Origin: Octopus sinensis
Taxonomy: Eukaryota
Assembly (NCBI RefSeq): GCF_006345805.1
Contig: NC_043004.1
Coordinates: forward strand, 99,014,001-99,078,000
Direction: 5' to 3'
Length of the DNA: 64,000 nt
Shown here: in pieces, positions 37,606 through 51,492 of the stretch
Numbering within the stretch: position 1 is the first letter of the stretch
Layout: the number at the start of each line of letters is the position of its first letter
Position numbers and translations under genes: made by a program
The notes under the pieces: generated by a model
What the model saw: only the letters and a program-made list of their open reading frames with translations
Databases searched by the model: none
What the model was told of the DNA's origin: nothing

Positions 37606-37989
37606 TTGTTTATAAAAGAATAAATGTAACCGAGGGAAGACTATTGCTGAAAGTAACCCAAGGTGGTTACTCTTGGAATACGTTCATTCATTTGGAGTGA
37701 AATAACCCCAATAACAATGTCCATTATCTTACATTTGCATTTAATTGTGGTTGCAAGTGTTGTTGCTATTGTTGATGATGCTAGAATTGTTTTGTTTTGT
37801 TCATTTCTTTTTGATCCTACTATTACTACTGTTTATGTTGTTGCATACTGTTGTTGTTCTTGTTGTCGACGTCACACTGGTTGTTGCTGGTTGTTTTCGC
37901 AATGGTGGTGTCTACAACAGCGAGGAACCCTTCTTTACCATATATTGTCTTGCTTGTAGAGACAGACTCCCTGAGGTGGACAATTTCCC

Positions 37990-38330
37990 ACAGATACGGC
38001 ATCTTAGTCATCTGCTCTCTACAATTATGCGTAGTTTTACCCTATTCCGTAGCCATGTAAGGTCTGTGAACCTTTTTAGGAGCTCGAAATTTACACGGAG
38101 AAGGATCTCTTGTCTCATACCAGACCTCCTACTTCTTTCTTTTCCTTGCAATAGGATTTCCATCGCCTTCAAAACTATACATGTCAATATCCACCAGTGA
38201 TCACGTTATCGCAGGACTTCGGAATTGTCGTCTTCACTGTGGCAAGTGATCCCTGAATGTTGTATTGTGAAGGCCTCAATCTGAAATAAAAGTTCGGCTT
38301 CACCGAACTGCCTTGCATTCAATGTATATT
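37990..38330 (-). pseudogene. Possible very degraded RTE 3' remnant
   Basis: Weak RTE-like C-terminal pattern by eye (MEILLQG...WYE...LTWLRNR). Confidence 0.3.
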
Positions 38331-38689
38331 CTATATCCTATCATACGACACAGAAGGCCCTTTCTGCTCATGAATTCGTAGCCCTCCAAGCAACAAGTTT
38401 GTTAAATTCATGAAATGATACAGTAGAGTCTGTCTAGTAATTACAGCAAGAGTTTCAGGAAGGGGCATACATTTCTATCAGTTTTCGTAACTGAATCGAG
38501 ATCTTATAATTTCTCGCACTTATTTTGCAAGGAGAGACATTATAGTTCCCTTGTGGAGACTATTCTTGTGAAGAAAGCCATGCCATTGTTGCTGTTAGAG
38601 TGTTCTTGTTTTGTGCTCCGCCGGTGTTAACACTATCACCATTGTTGATGTCTTTGCTGTTGATACTCTCTCAACTTTTGCTGCTACTA

Positions 38690-38852
38690 TCTTCCTATTC
38701 TTCTTCTTCTTCTTCTTCTTCTCTTCTTCTTCTTCTTCTTCTTCTTCTTCTTTTCCTTCTTCTTCTTCTTCTCTTCTTCTTCTTCTTCTTTTTCTTTTCT
38801 TCTTCTTCTTCTTCTTCTTCTTCTCTCTTCTCTTCTTCTTCTTATTTATTAT

Positions 38853-38885
<33 letters not shown>

Positions 38886-39015
38886 TATTATTATTATTAT
38901 TATTATATTATTATTATTTATTATTGTTATCATTATTATTATATTATTATTATTATTATATTATCATTATTATTATTATTATCATTATTACTACTACTAC
39001 TATTATTATTATTAT
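38690..39015. repeat. Compound (TCT)n-(TAT/TCA)n-(TAC)n microsatellite
   Basis: Direct. Confidence 0.95.
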
Positions 39016-39232
39016 GTTTTTACCTTCTTTCTTCAAATTTTCTTCCGTTTCTCGCCGAGTGTTTTCCATACACCTTGAGCAGAGAAGAGCATTGTATGCA
39101 TTCCCAGATTACACGCGCAAATTCACAGATAAAATATGTATTTAAAAATTAATAAATAAATAAATTCATGGATGGATGTTATTGGATGGATTATTATTAT
39201 TATTATTATTTTTTATTTTTTTTTTTATAATA

Positions 39233-39430
39233 TAAGGCGGCGAGCTGGAAGAATTGTTAGCATGCTGGGCGAAATGCTTAGCGGTATTTCGCCCGTCGCT
39301 ACGTTCTGAGCTCACCTTCCACCGAGGTTGACTTTGTCTTTCATCCTTCTTTTTGGGGGTTGATAAATTAAGTACCAGTTGCGTACTGAGGTTCGATGAA
39401 ATCGAATAGTCCCCTCCCCCTGTGCCTTTG
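39233..39430 (+). mobile_element. SINE family B
   Basis: AAGGCGGCGAGCTGGAAGAATTGTTAGCATGCTGGGCGAAATGCTTAGCGGTATTTCG head. Confidence 0.9.
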
Positions 39431-39461
39431 GCTGATGATGATGATGATAATGTTGCTGCTC

Positions 39462-39529
<68 letters not shown>

Positions 39530-39959
39530 CCATTATTTAATATTTCATTGTACAAGAAAACCTAGACATACCTACAGACATATGCACACACATATATAGT
39601 TTCATTTTTTATCTTTCTTTCCTTTCAGAGTTTTTCATGTCGTATCTCTTCTGAAACACAAATATACACCAAAACTATACCACAAGCAAAAAAATTCACC
39701 CGAGAATATAGAATTATGACAAAATAAACACTATATGTACAAAATGGTTAATAATTTTCCATCATATATTCCAGCTATCTTTACATCTGGCTTTGGGCTT
39801 CGTTTCGGCATTTCTCTTTTTGTTTTTGTCTATTTCTATATGATATATTTATTTTTTGTTACATAATAAACAAGTCACACCTCACCCTTCGCACTTCATC
39901 TCAGTTCGCTTCGTACCTGCACAGACATATACATATGTACGCACACATAAATAACTGAT

Positions 39960-39996
39960 ACATTGATGAGATATATATGTAGTGTATATATATATA

Positions 39997-40084
<88 letters not shown>

Positions 40085-40439
40085 AACATATGTATATAAA
40101 TGCTTCTATATATATATATTATATATATATATATACATATGTATAAATGTTTCTATATATATATATATATATATTGTGTTGCGTCTATGTGTGTTTGTGC
40201 TATATATATATAGGCATATTATCTATATACGTATGTGTATATGAATATATATGTATATATAAATATATATATATATATATGTGTGTGTATATATATATAT
40301 ATATATGGAGAGAGAGAGACAAATATAATGTGTGTGTATATCTATATTAATATAACTAGACACAAACATATGTATGTATGTTTGTATACATAGGTATACG
40401 CACATATATACACATATGTACAGACATATATGATGTGTG

Positions 40440-40465
<26 letters not shown>
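39960..40465. repeat. (TA)n/(TG)n compound microsatellite
   Basis: Direct. Confidence 0.9.
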
Positions 40466-40470
<5 letters not shown>

Positions 40471-41594
40471 CGTGAGCGTGTGAGCAGCAAAATAACAATA
40501 GCAACCATGACTGTAACAGCAATAACAAGAACAAACAATGGAATTAATAACACTGTAGAAAAATAGCTGTAATGATAAAATATCCCTATTGTATTCTCTG
40601 CTTCTCGCTTTTGAATGACACTCCATTACGAAAGCTGATAAATCTTCTGAAGAACCATGAAATCATTTTCCATTGAAGCATACCTACATATATGCATGCA
40701 TACATTCACACACACGCGTGTGCGCATGTGTATATACATATGTGTGTACGTGTGTGTGTGTGGCTGAGTGTATAAATTCATATATACATGTGAATGTAAC
40801 CACCAACTTAATCAAAATCTTTTTCTCCTTGGTAAGACGCCATTTCTCATCTACACATAAGTAATACAATAAACTCTACAACACTAATAACATTAAGATC
40901 AGCTAGTTCTGTCTGGATAACATCGATTTTTAGATCTCGCACCACTACCTAACAGATACATCCAGACAGTTCTCACTCCAAGAACCAATTTACGAATAGA
41001 GGAACCTCATAGTCTGCCTGCTTGGAAAAATGCACCTATCCATAATGATGAGATAAAGAACAACTATAACTGAACCAAATTCCAATGGTACCGAAGAAAA
41101 TTGTACAAGACTCAACTCAAATGTATTCAACAGTTGCTACACGCAGTATTTACACTTATCCAGATCGTAGGGAAAATTACTTTAATATCTTGGCTTCAAT
41201 TCGTTTAAAATATCAGGGATAGCAACTATGAATACGTTTCGATAACAAAAACCTTGTGAGTACAATTATTCCACGTAACAATGGTGTATGAATGTTTAGG
41301 TTATATTTCAATGAGATGTTTCAGATCCTGAGAGGACCAGTGAAGACATTAATCGGGAGAATTGGGGTATTAGACATTTTCCATCTCCAAGATTTGTTTT
41401 TCTTCTAATAAACAGATTTACCAATGGAAGCATCATGCACATAATTTTTGATATGCACGATGGTTCAGTTATGTACATCAGTTATGATTTATAAACATTA
41501 TAGTGTAGTTACTCATGACACCTACACATCATATTTCAGGATCCTCGCATACACTGTCAGATCAAAAACCAACGACTGCAAGAGCATTCACTGT

Positions 41595-41720
41595 ATAAAC
41601 AACAAGCAGGTGTATTAGTTTGATGCTCGGGAAGGTGGGAAAGTCTTTTACTTTTTGAACCTACACTCTTCAGCAGAAAGGAACATGAGGAAATAAACAG
41701 AGATAGAATGAAAAAACTTT
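41595..41720 (-). mobile_element. Penelope-like pseudo-LTR remnant with a decayed HHR scaffold
   Basis: Minus strand CTTT-CTGCTGA-A-GAGT-GTAG-GTTC-AAAAA-GT-A-AAAG; flanks resemble 53830-54045. Confidence 0.45.
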
Positions 41721-41873
41721 TAGAGTTCGCGGGTAGATATATATGTGTGTGTTTGTGTGTGTGTATGTATGTATGTATATATATATATATGTATATATAT
41801 ACGTGTATTTATATATATATATGTGTTTGTGTGTGTATTTATATATATGTATATATGTATGTATGTATGTATA

Positions 41874-41920
<47 letters not shown>

Positions 41921-42518
41921 ATATATATATACGTGTGTATATAGTATATATATATGTGTGTGTGTGTGAGAGTATGTATACTTACACATAAACTTTTTTT
42001 ATGTGGAAAATTAATAAGGTAACTAATGGTTTACTGTGGAAGAGATGTCCACGATTATTCAAGTGGACTTCTTGGAAATAACTTCAAATTTGGATGACAA
42101 TATTTTTCCGCATGAAACCTCTGGTTACCTTTTTACTCCACAAATAAGGAATATTTATCCTCCTATGTGGTGTCGAGCATTCTTTCTCACTATTTGATAC
42201 TAGTGTGTGTGTGTCTGTGTGTGTGTACACATGCACACCCATGCACATATACATAAATATATTGGAGGCTTTAAAAACTTTACACCAAGGTTCTCATTTC
42301 TGATCGTCAGGCAATAAAGCAATATATGACACAAGGAAGCTATCTAAAGAAAAATACAGATGATATTTAGAGGACAAATTATATATCGATGGAATAAAAT
42401 TGGCCCTAAAAATGTATGAGAAAAAATCCTGCGCTACAGGGAGCAGATCAGTGAAAAATAATATATGAAACCTTTTAATTGGATATTTTTTTAATATACA
42501 CTTTTACCATTTTATCTT

Positions 42519-43112
42519 CTACTTTTTACTTGTTTCACTCATTAGACTATGGCCATGCTGGAGCACCATCTTGAAGAATTTTACCCCTTTAACTATTAAT
42601 TCTTTAAAGCATGCTATTTATTTTATTGGTTTCTTTTACCGAATCTGTAAATTACACGATGTAAACATACAAGCGTAGGAGTGGCTGTGTGGTAAGTAGC
42701 TTGCTAACCAACCACATGGTTCCGGGTTCAGTCCCACTGCGTGGCATCTTGGGCAAGTGTCTTCTACTATAGCCTTAGGCCGAACAAAGCCTTGTGAGTG
42801 GATTTGGTAGATGGAAACTGAAAGAAGCCCGTGGTATATATATGTATATATATGTTTGTGTGTGTGTATGTTTGTGTGTCTGTGTTTGTCCCCCTAGCAT
42901 TGCTTGACAACCGATGCTGGTGTGTTTATGTCCCCGTCACTTAGCGGTTCGGCAAAAGAGACCGATAGAATAAGTACTGGGCTTACAAAGAATAAGTCCC
43001 GGGGTCGAGTTGCTTGACTAAAGGCGGTGCTCCAGCATGGCTGCAGTCAAATGACTGAAACAAGTAAAAGAGTAAATACCAACACCGAATGTCAACGACT
43101 GTTGGTGGACAC

Positions 43113-43143
<31 letters not shown>

Positions 43144-43320
43144 TACAATTATATATATACAGGGTGGGCTTTTTTCAGTTTCCATCTACCAAATCCACTC
43201 ATGAGGCCTTGGTCGGTTTGAGGCTATAGTAGAAGAATCTTACCCAAAGCACCACAGTATGACTGAACCCAGATCGATATGGTTGGGAACCAGACTTCTT
43301 ACCACATGGCCATACCTGCA
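42519..43320. mobile_element. Family A SINE cluster: minus tail fragment (42519-42668), full plus copy (42672-43076), minus head fragment (43145-43320)
   Basis: Family A motifs in both orientations. Confidence 0.88.
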
Positions 43321-43588
43321 TTTTCAAATAAAATTGTTAACAATTTTATGTATATTTTAAACTGGTGCTTTCGATGGCAGTACATAACCACCAGAACCTT
43401 AAGCACTCAATTAATTTGTTGTTGATCTTGCCATTGATATTTTCGTTTTTTGTTGTTGTTGTCAATTTTGCTGTTGCTGCTGCTGTTCTTCTTGCTCTTG
43501 TTTTTTCCTTCCTTCCTTCCTTTAGCTTTTTCTTTCTTCACTTCTGTTTTCTTTTCAATCAACTCTTTCTGTTCTCTATTGTTTTTCT

Positions 43589-43633
<45 letters not shown>

Positions 43634-43972
43634 ATTCCTCTCGACCTGCTCTGTTTTCTTACATTTTCAACTGCCTTTTTTTTTTACTATTTCCTCCTTA
43701 TCTTCATCCTCACTTTTTCCCCCTCTCCTTCCCTTAGATCAACCTTTCCTCCTCTCTTTCCTTTAGCAATTTATATTACTTTAATAGCATGTTTACATTT
43801 ATATATTTCATATAATGGTCATATTCGTCAGCTAACAAGATACTTTCATTTCGATTATGTCTTGTGACTGTCTCGAAATTACCTTTCCAATATTTTATTT
43901 TTCATACTTGTCAAATAAGTAAAACTGAAAAACTTGGTATAACGATTTATGAAGATTCAGCTTCCAGTACTT

Positions 43973-44376
43973 GCAGGAGTGGCTGTGTGGTAAGTAGCTT
44001 GCTAACCAACCACATGGTTCCGGGTTCAGTCCCACTGCGTGGCATCTTGGGCAAGTGTCTTCTCCTATAGCCCCGGGCCGACCAATGCCTTGTGAGTGGA
44101 TTTGGTAGACGGAAACTGAAAGAAGCCTGACGTATACATGTATATATATATATATGTATATGTTTGTGTGTCTGTGTTTGTCCCCCAACATTGCTTGACA
44201 ACCGATGCTGGTGTGTTTATGTCCCCGTCACTAAGCGGTTCGGCAAAGGAGACCGATAGAATAAGTACTGGGCTTACAAAGAATAAGTCCCGGGGTCGAT
44301 TTGCTCGACTAAAAGGCGGTGCTCCAGCATGGCCGCAGTCGAATGACTGAAACAAGTAAAAGAGAGAAAAGAGAGT
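43973..44376 (+). mobile_element. SINE family A
   Basis: Full motif set. Confidence 0.95.
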
Positions 44377-44469
44377 AATGCATAATATTTTATGCTGCTT
44401 TTAGAATACTGTCTATTCTTCTTCTTTCCCTTAACTTATGCGTTTACACATGAACATGTTTGTAAAGGG

Positions 44470-44800
44470 TAGAGACTCCTTTCAGTCATGAACGACCTTG
44501 GGATTGCACCTAGAAAATCACTTTTGAGGCACAAGTCCAGGCAAGGTTGTTTATACAAGACCAGCAGTCTCTCATGCATACCAGCCTCCCCTCTCCCCAC
44601 CGATGATGTTATTCAAAGGAAAGGCAAAGGCTGATACAGCTTGGTCGATACAGTGATGTTGCAGCTCATTTCTATGGCTGAGTGAACTGGAGCATTGTGA
44701 AATAAAGTGTTTTGCTCAAGATCACAGCACATAACTGGGTCCGGAAATCGAGCCCACTACCTCGTGATTGTGAGCCCGACACTCTAATCACTGAGTCATG
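44470..44800 (-). mobile_element. tRNA-headed SINE family F
   Basis: Minus strand GCATGACTCAGTGATTAGAGTGTCGGGCTCACAATCACGAGGTAGTGGGCTCGATTTCC...CTTGAGCAAAACACTT. Confidence 0.7.
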
Positions 44801-44844
44801 CAGTGGTGCTATAGTTTTGGTTAGGAAGGCAGGTATGCCTATAA

Positions 44845-45080
44845 GGTGGTGAGCTGGCAGAAATGTTAACATGCCAGGCGAAATGCTTAGCGGTATTTCG
44901 TCTGTCTTTACGTTCTGAGTTCAAATTCCGCCAAGGTCGACTTTGCCTTTCATCCTTTCGGGGTCGATAAATTAAGTACCAGTTAGGCACTGGGGTCGAT
45001 GTAATTGACTTAATACCTATGTCTGTACTTGTTTGTCCCCTCTATGTTTAGCCCCTTGTGGGTAATAAAGAAATAGGTAT
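44845..45080 (+). mobile_element. SINE family B, full length
   Basis: Head through ...CTTGTGGGTAATAAAGAAATAGGTAT. Confidence 0.92.
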
Positions 45081-45417
45081 GTCTTATCTGAGTAGCAATC
45101 AATAACCATAAAATGTTCTATCAAAAAAAATCTCTTCTCTTTTCTCTGCACATCAATAGCATAAAAATAGTATAAACACATTTAAATTTATTTCAGTTAC
45201 CCTGGTTTACTCTGTGTTGTGCAAAAAAATAGATGTCAAATGCACAAATATTTAAATTAGGTTATCCATTAAGGTGCTAGCTTAATTTATGGTATTGTTA
45301 TGACAGCAGGCATATGCTATAGATCAAGGAAAGAACCAGAGTATTTCTTCTCAGCAGAAGACTATGTTTACATACATAGTCCACCCACAGTGTGGCTTTA
45401 TAATATTTCAATATGTA

Positions 45418-45833
45418 TCTCTCTTTTACTTGTTTCAGTCATTTGACTGTAGCCATGCTGGAGCACCACCTTTAGTCAAGCAAATTGACTCTAGGACTTA
45501 TTCTTTGTAAGCCTAGTACTTATTGTATCAGTCTCTTTTGCCAAACTGCTAAATTACGAGGACATAAACACACCAGCATTGATTGTCAAGCGATGTTGGG
45601 GGGACAAACACAGACACACAAACATATACACACACACACACACACATATATATATACATATATACGACAGGCTTCTTTATTTTCTGTCTACCAAATCCAC
45701 TCACAAGGCTTTGGTCGGCCCGAAGGCTATATGCAGCAGACAGGAACTTGCCCAAGTGCCATGCAGTGGGAATGAACCCGGAACTATGTGGTTGGTAAGC
45801 AAGCTACTTACCACACAGCCACCCCTACGCCTA
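45418..45833 (-). mobile_element. SINE family A
   Basis: Full motif set in reverse. Confidence 0.93.
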
Positions 45834-45848
45834 TATATATTATCTGCA

Positions 45849-45849
<1 letters not shown>

Positions 45850-45906
<57 letters not shown>

Positions 45907-45913
45907 TACATAT

Positions 45914-45979
<66 letters not shown>

Positions 45980-45980
45980 G
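45850..45980. repeat. (TA)n-(GATA)n microsatellite
   Basis: Direct. Confidence 0.95.
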
Positions 45981-46869
45981 ATTTTAATATACCTATGTAC
46001 ATATATATGAGTGTCTGTGTGTATGTGTAAATATACACATGCTTGCGTGCAGACACACACATAGTTTAGAGATATGGCAAGTGGTTTGATCTGAGACCAC
46101 GAGATGAAACTAATGCAATTACTATGTGGAAGCCACATATTAGCCATTCATAAACACAAAATCTAACTTTACTTAATCATTTATTATTCTGTGTCAAAAT
46201 TGTCATCCTGATACCTGCAACCTCTTCACTGACACTGTTGCATTGCCACTGTCGTGAGATAAGACTTAGCTTGTAGGTATAGGCTTCAGGGTTTTAAATA
46301 AAATATGTCTCTCATTTATATATGTTAGGCATTCTGATTGTCGTTGGTGTTCATAGTAGGCTAGTTAATTTGGCTTTTGGCTGGAATTCACATACTGTCT
46401 CTCTTCCTGTTTCTCTGTCTGTCTGCCTCTCTCTCTCTCTCTCTTTCTGTTCCACCTCTATCTCTATTTTTGTCTCTCTCTCTCTCTTCTCTTTGTAGGA
46501 GCACTTTTGGCATTATTCAGCAGAGCAGAATCAGGAATTCATGACTTCAAAGAAGAGAATCTATCAGTCTCTGATCATAGATGATCAGAGACAATATCAA
46601 GAATAGTTAACACAAACTATATAAGGAGATGGTGTGGAGGGGTAGCGCAATTGTACAATAGTTCTACTACAACTACATCCTTATGTACAATTGTACTATA
46701 CCATTCGCAGGTATTTTCTCTGTCCCTGGACTTAAAGGTGCAAAGACATCTAAGATTGGCATTTCATGGAACATTAGTGGAAGAACCTAATATGAAGCTT
46801 CAAGGGGCTTGGCTTAAACGTGATTTTCACCACAAATCTAAACCACAATCTCCTTATATATTATTCCAC

Positions 46870-47379
46870 ACTTCTTGGACTTCGGTTCTTTTCCTTCTCC
46901 TTCCCCTAAACGTATCCTGTTTGCCTTTTTACTACTTTCTCTCCTTTATAACTCCCTTTATTCTTGTATTTTTACAGTCATTCTCTTTTACTGTCTCTCT
47001 CCTTTATTTTTCTCTCTTAACTGCTATCATCCAGCTTTCATTCCTTTCAGCACTCCCCCCTACTCCACCAATACTGCAAAGAAAGAAATTTCTTTACTTG
47101 CAACGTTTGTATATTCTATACTTATTTTCTATTTCTTTCTCATTTCTTCTCTTTTTCAGCTTCTCCTTCCTTTTCTTTCCCCCTTACTTTCTCCTTTCTT
47201 TTTACTTCTATTTTCTCTTCTTATTCTTTTTCTTTCTTCTTCCTTCTATTTTTGTTTCTTTCCCTCTTTAACTTTTTTCTATTTTCTTCTCTTGTGTTTC
47301 TTAAGCTTTTCTTTTCTCATTTTTTTTTAGAACTTTCTTCTTTCTTCATCCCCCCTCTCTCTCTCTCTTTCCCTTCTTC

Positions 47380-47410
<31 letters not shown>

Positions 47411-47425
47411 TCATTTCTTCCTTCC
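46870..47425. repeat. Pyrimidine-rich low-complexity tract
   Basis: About 550 bp of T/C-dominated sequence. Confidence 0.85.
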
Positions 47426-47934
47426 TGTTCTACCATACAACACCAACTTGATTCCTTATTTATCTTCTATTTATAGTCTGATGTAATTACCAGATATTGC
47501 AATGCTGACCACCTTAGCCTATGATCTTCCATTCTCCTTCAGAAATTATTAAATACATCAATAGCAGAATATTGGTTCATGGAGACGGTTGACAGCTTTC
47601 ACTTGCAATGCCTTCTTTGGAGTCCAACAACCACAACAACAACAATAACAACAACAACTACAACAGCAGCAGCAGCAGCAGTGATAACATTAACTTCAAC
47701 TGTTTTTCTCTATCAAATTATTACTGCAGATAAGTTAAATCCTGGATGGAGGAATATTAATAGATGGTATTGCCAAATATGTTTCACAAGCGAATCCAAA
47801 GACCTAGTCTTCACTGATGTAGCAGTACTAAAAATAATATTGATTTCTAACATAGGTAGAAGGCTGCAGATTTTTTAGTTAGGTATAAAAGAAAAAAAAT
47901 CACTTTCAACACCAAAACTTGATTGGCATACGAA

Positions 47935-48190
47935 GGTAATCGGCCTCGTGGTTAAGGTCATGAAATCATTATTTGAAGGTTGAGGGATCAATTCGCAGAC
48001 TGAATGGTACATTGTGTTCTTGGAGAAAAGCTTTTCACTTTGATGTTGCAATTTGCTCAGCTGTGCATATTTGCCAGTAGCTGGAGATTAATGTTTTGAT
48101 GGACTGACATCTTATCCAGGGGAATTCTTGTACTCTCACTCAAATAATGCAGCAGAAACCAGAATAAGCTCTGGAATAATGAGCTTTCAG
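47935..48190 (+). mobile_element. Old tRNA-headed SINE with a V-domain-like core
   Basis: GGCCTCGTGGTTAAGG head; GATGGACTGACATCTTATCCAGGGG...GAAACCAG...ATAAGCTC resembles a V-SINE-type central domain (from memory, not aligned). Confidence 0.4.
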
Positions 48191-48324
48191 ACACATAACA
48201 CTAAATTTCTTTTTTGTTTGGTACTTTCATTTATCATTCATGTGATTCAACTCTAGTAGGGTTTGAGCTATATTGTCCACTATCCTACTGATATTTCTCT
48301 TCTATCATTCTGATGCTAAGACTG

Positions 48325-48575
48325 GCATGTAAAAAAAAAACATCCGAGCATGGCTGTTCACCAGCCTCATCTGGTACCTGTGTCGGTGGCACATAAAAAG
48401 CACCCACTACACTTACGGAGTGGTTGGCATTGGGAAGGGCATCCAGCTGTAGAAACACTGCCAGATCTGACTGGCCTGGTGCAACCTTCTGGCTTCCCAG
48501 ACCCCAGTTGAACCGTCCAACCCATGCTAGCATGGAGAACGGACGTTAAACGATGATGATGATGATGATGATGAT
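48325..48575 (+). mobile_element. SINE family C
   Basis: GGTGGCACATAAAAAGCACCC...GGGCATCCAGC...GGACGTTAAACG(ATG)n. Confidence 0.92.
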
Positions 48576-48729
48576 TCCTAATTTTAGCAAGAGAGTACAA
48601 ATAGTAGAGAGGTGCATATGTGGCAGACATGACCTTTTAAATAAAAGAGTCATCAATAAGTTTTGTAGCGAGTAAGCTGACACTGGAACTTGTTGATAAG
48701 CACTTCTGATTGTCTCAATATTTTCATTC

Positions 48730-48902
48730 TCCCTCCTCTTCTTCCTCCTCCTCCTCCTCATCGTCGTCGTCATTTTCATAGTCATCATTGCCATCATCAA
48801 TGCCACCATCATCACCACCATCACCACCACCACCACCATCACCATCATCATCATCACCATCACCCTCATCATCTTCATCATCATCATCATCATCATCATC
48901 AC
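48730..48902. repeat. (CCT)/(CAT/CAC)n microsatellite
   Basis: Direct. Confidence 0.9.
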
Positions 48903-50704
48903 TTTGGCATCAACTTTTCCATGCTTGCTAGCTTGCTTTTTTACCTTTGGAGAATTTTCCACTGTGAATTTTCAGAGTGGCAGTTCCAGCAAACCTCTCT
49001 TTCCATCCTCCATGGCAACACCTTTTCCATTTTGTCTGCTGAGGCCATTGCACATTCCACTCTGTAATAACAAAGTACAAATTAAAACATGTGGAACGAT
49101 TTCTTTTTGTAACATTGAATCTAGCTCTAACCAAGCGTCTGGTTACTATATTCGAGACACTTGCACAGTTAATTTTGGACTTCTGTACTCAGCTGTTATA
49201 GGCAAGGCACTGTTGTTATACTATTTGTTTACAATCAACCAACATACAAGAAGAAAGGAGGAAAATACATACAAATTCATTGACACAAGCACATCAATAA
49301 CAAGTGACCTAGGTGAGAGAGAGTGAGGACTGAACACAGCCAAGTCCCATGTCTTCCTTCATCACTTGCGTGGCCTCTCTTTTCTTCTCTTGAATCCCTA
49401 GCTGGCGATTGAAGGAGAAGGTTGTTCCCTTCACCAATACACCTGCTGTGAGTGCTGCTGAATGATGGACCCTGGCTATGATGTTATTCCACACTTTCCA
49501 ATTTATGGCACTGCCCTTAGCATGATTGAGCTCAATTACATTTCTCATGAAACCACCTTCACCAGAGCCAATTTGTGCATACCTCATATATTTTCAACAC
49601 CCTGCATGTATTTCAGTCAGGTGTGATTGCTAGTGGCTTCAATGTAGCCAGCTATACCTGTAAAGTTTATCTTGAACTGCCAAAGCTCCCCAAAGACACA
49701 TGAGAAATTCTGAAGTTCCCTGACCTGAAAGTAATCCAACAAAACTATGCAAACTCTGCTTGTTGACACTAAGAATCAATAGCAAATATGAGGAGCAGGA
49801 AACGTGATTTCATTATAGTGGTATCAGTGAATATCAAGGAAAATAGGCTGAAAGGATGTTGTCTCCTCCAGGTAGTTATAAAGAATTTGAAGCATATTTG
49901 AAAGTGAAAGAGTAAATGGAAGTTTCTGACAACGCTGTCGTCTTTCCCAAAGACATTAGTAGTGTGTTGTTGTAAGTGAAGTGAAAACATCTTCCACTTA
50001 GAAATGAAGAAAGAAAATAATCCCACCGACCAACAAGCCAACCTACAAGCCAACCAACAATGTCTATAGAACTCAGAACAATCATGCTGCGACACTCTAA
50101 AATCTGTAAATACTTCCTTATGGATAAAACAACAAAAACTAAGCCAGTAACAACGCACATGCAGAACACACAACAGCCCATTTCTGCATGGATTGATATA
50201 TCCAAGAATATACCCAAGAATTACACCATTGTGTGAGTGGGGGGATGTAGGGAGTGAGGGAATAGGATTGGGGTGTTGGTCAGAAAGATTTTGGATATCG
50301 GTTACATTGTTTGTTAATATTATCCAATATACCATGAATTATCGGTTTATCTATTATATAGGCATATGCTAACAAGAAGCATATGCATTTTCTGCACATT
50401 TGCACACCGTAATTGGCAAACTGCCGCAAACAACATACTAAAAACAATGATTTACCTATACTTTACGTGTGCATATGTGTGTGTATGGATGTACGTATGC
50501 ATGTGTGAATATATTTGTTGTGTGTGTGTGTGTGTGTGTGAATATGCATATGCTATATGTATATATTTGTGAGTGCATATATGACTGCATGCATGTGTGA
50601 GTGTGTGTGTGTGTGTGTGTTAATATATATCTATATATGGGCAGAGATCACAGCTCCTCTTTGTATATAGATATATAACATTTATCTCCTGTCATTGTCT
50701 CCTT

Positions 50705-50735
<31 letters not shown>

Positions 50736-51492
50736 CTCTCTCTTTTCTCCCTATCTCTCTACCTCTCTATTTCTCTTTCTACAACATCCATTCTCTCACC
50801 AATGAATATCATAATCATTTTATCACAAGTGTCGTACTACTATCTATTGTTGAGGTTAGAATTATTAATATCCAGATATGGATTTTCTCTTTCTTCCCCA
50901 CAGGCGATTGTCCCAGGATCTATCCTTCCACTCGATGCCTAAATATGATTTTAATTTCAAATTGATATCTCTCAATTTCTGATTAATAAAAGCTGTTGTG
51001 TATAAAAGTATTAATCCTAAGTTCTAAATAATATACACTGATCAACTATTTGTTTCTTGTACTCAGGGCCAAATATATATGTCTAAAATGAGACAATGGT
51101 ACTGCACCTGGACTCTTTCTTGGGTCTCCCAGATTGATGTGGTTGTTGTCTTTTAGCACCAAATCATCACTAACTGAGCTAACCCGTCCTCAAAGATGTT
51201 CAAGGAGAGACAATTACATCTTTTTTTCTGACATAGTTTTACCTTGAAATATATCATCTAATAGGTCCTTCTTTTCTAGACAGTATAGAGTATGATTGAG
51301 ACAGATTTGGTTAATATTTCTAGCAAATTGAACGATAATCTAGTGACTCCTTTGTTGGCTTATGGGATGGTAGTGGTGATGGTGGTGAAATTACTATTGT
51401 TGTTTAACACCAAGTCTACCTTGGTCCAAGTGTTCCAACCAGAATTCTCCATATTTCTTCAAACATAGTGTATATCAAGGACTGTATTATAT

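Noticed and set aside
43785-43835. Minus-strand CTGACGA-ATATG...TATAT-GAAAT
   Set aside because: No stem I partner; probably an AT-rich coincidence.
48945-49061. 117-nt minus-strand segment with AG/GT boundaries
   Set aside because: Two frames are open but neither is recognisable, the donor is weak and no partner exon was found.
49309-49740. Higher-GC coding-looking stretch (92-aa ORF)
   Set aside because: No recognisable family motif in any frame; several frames contain stops.
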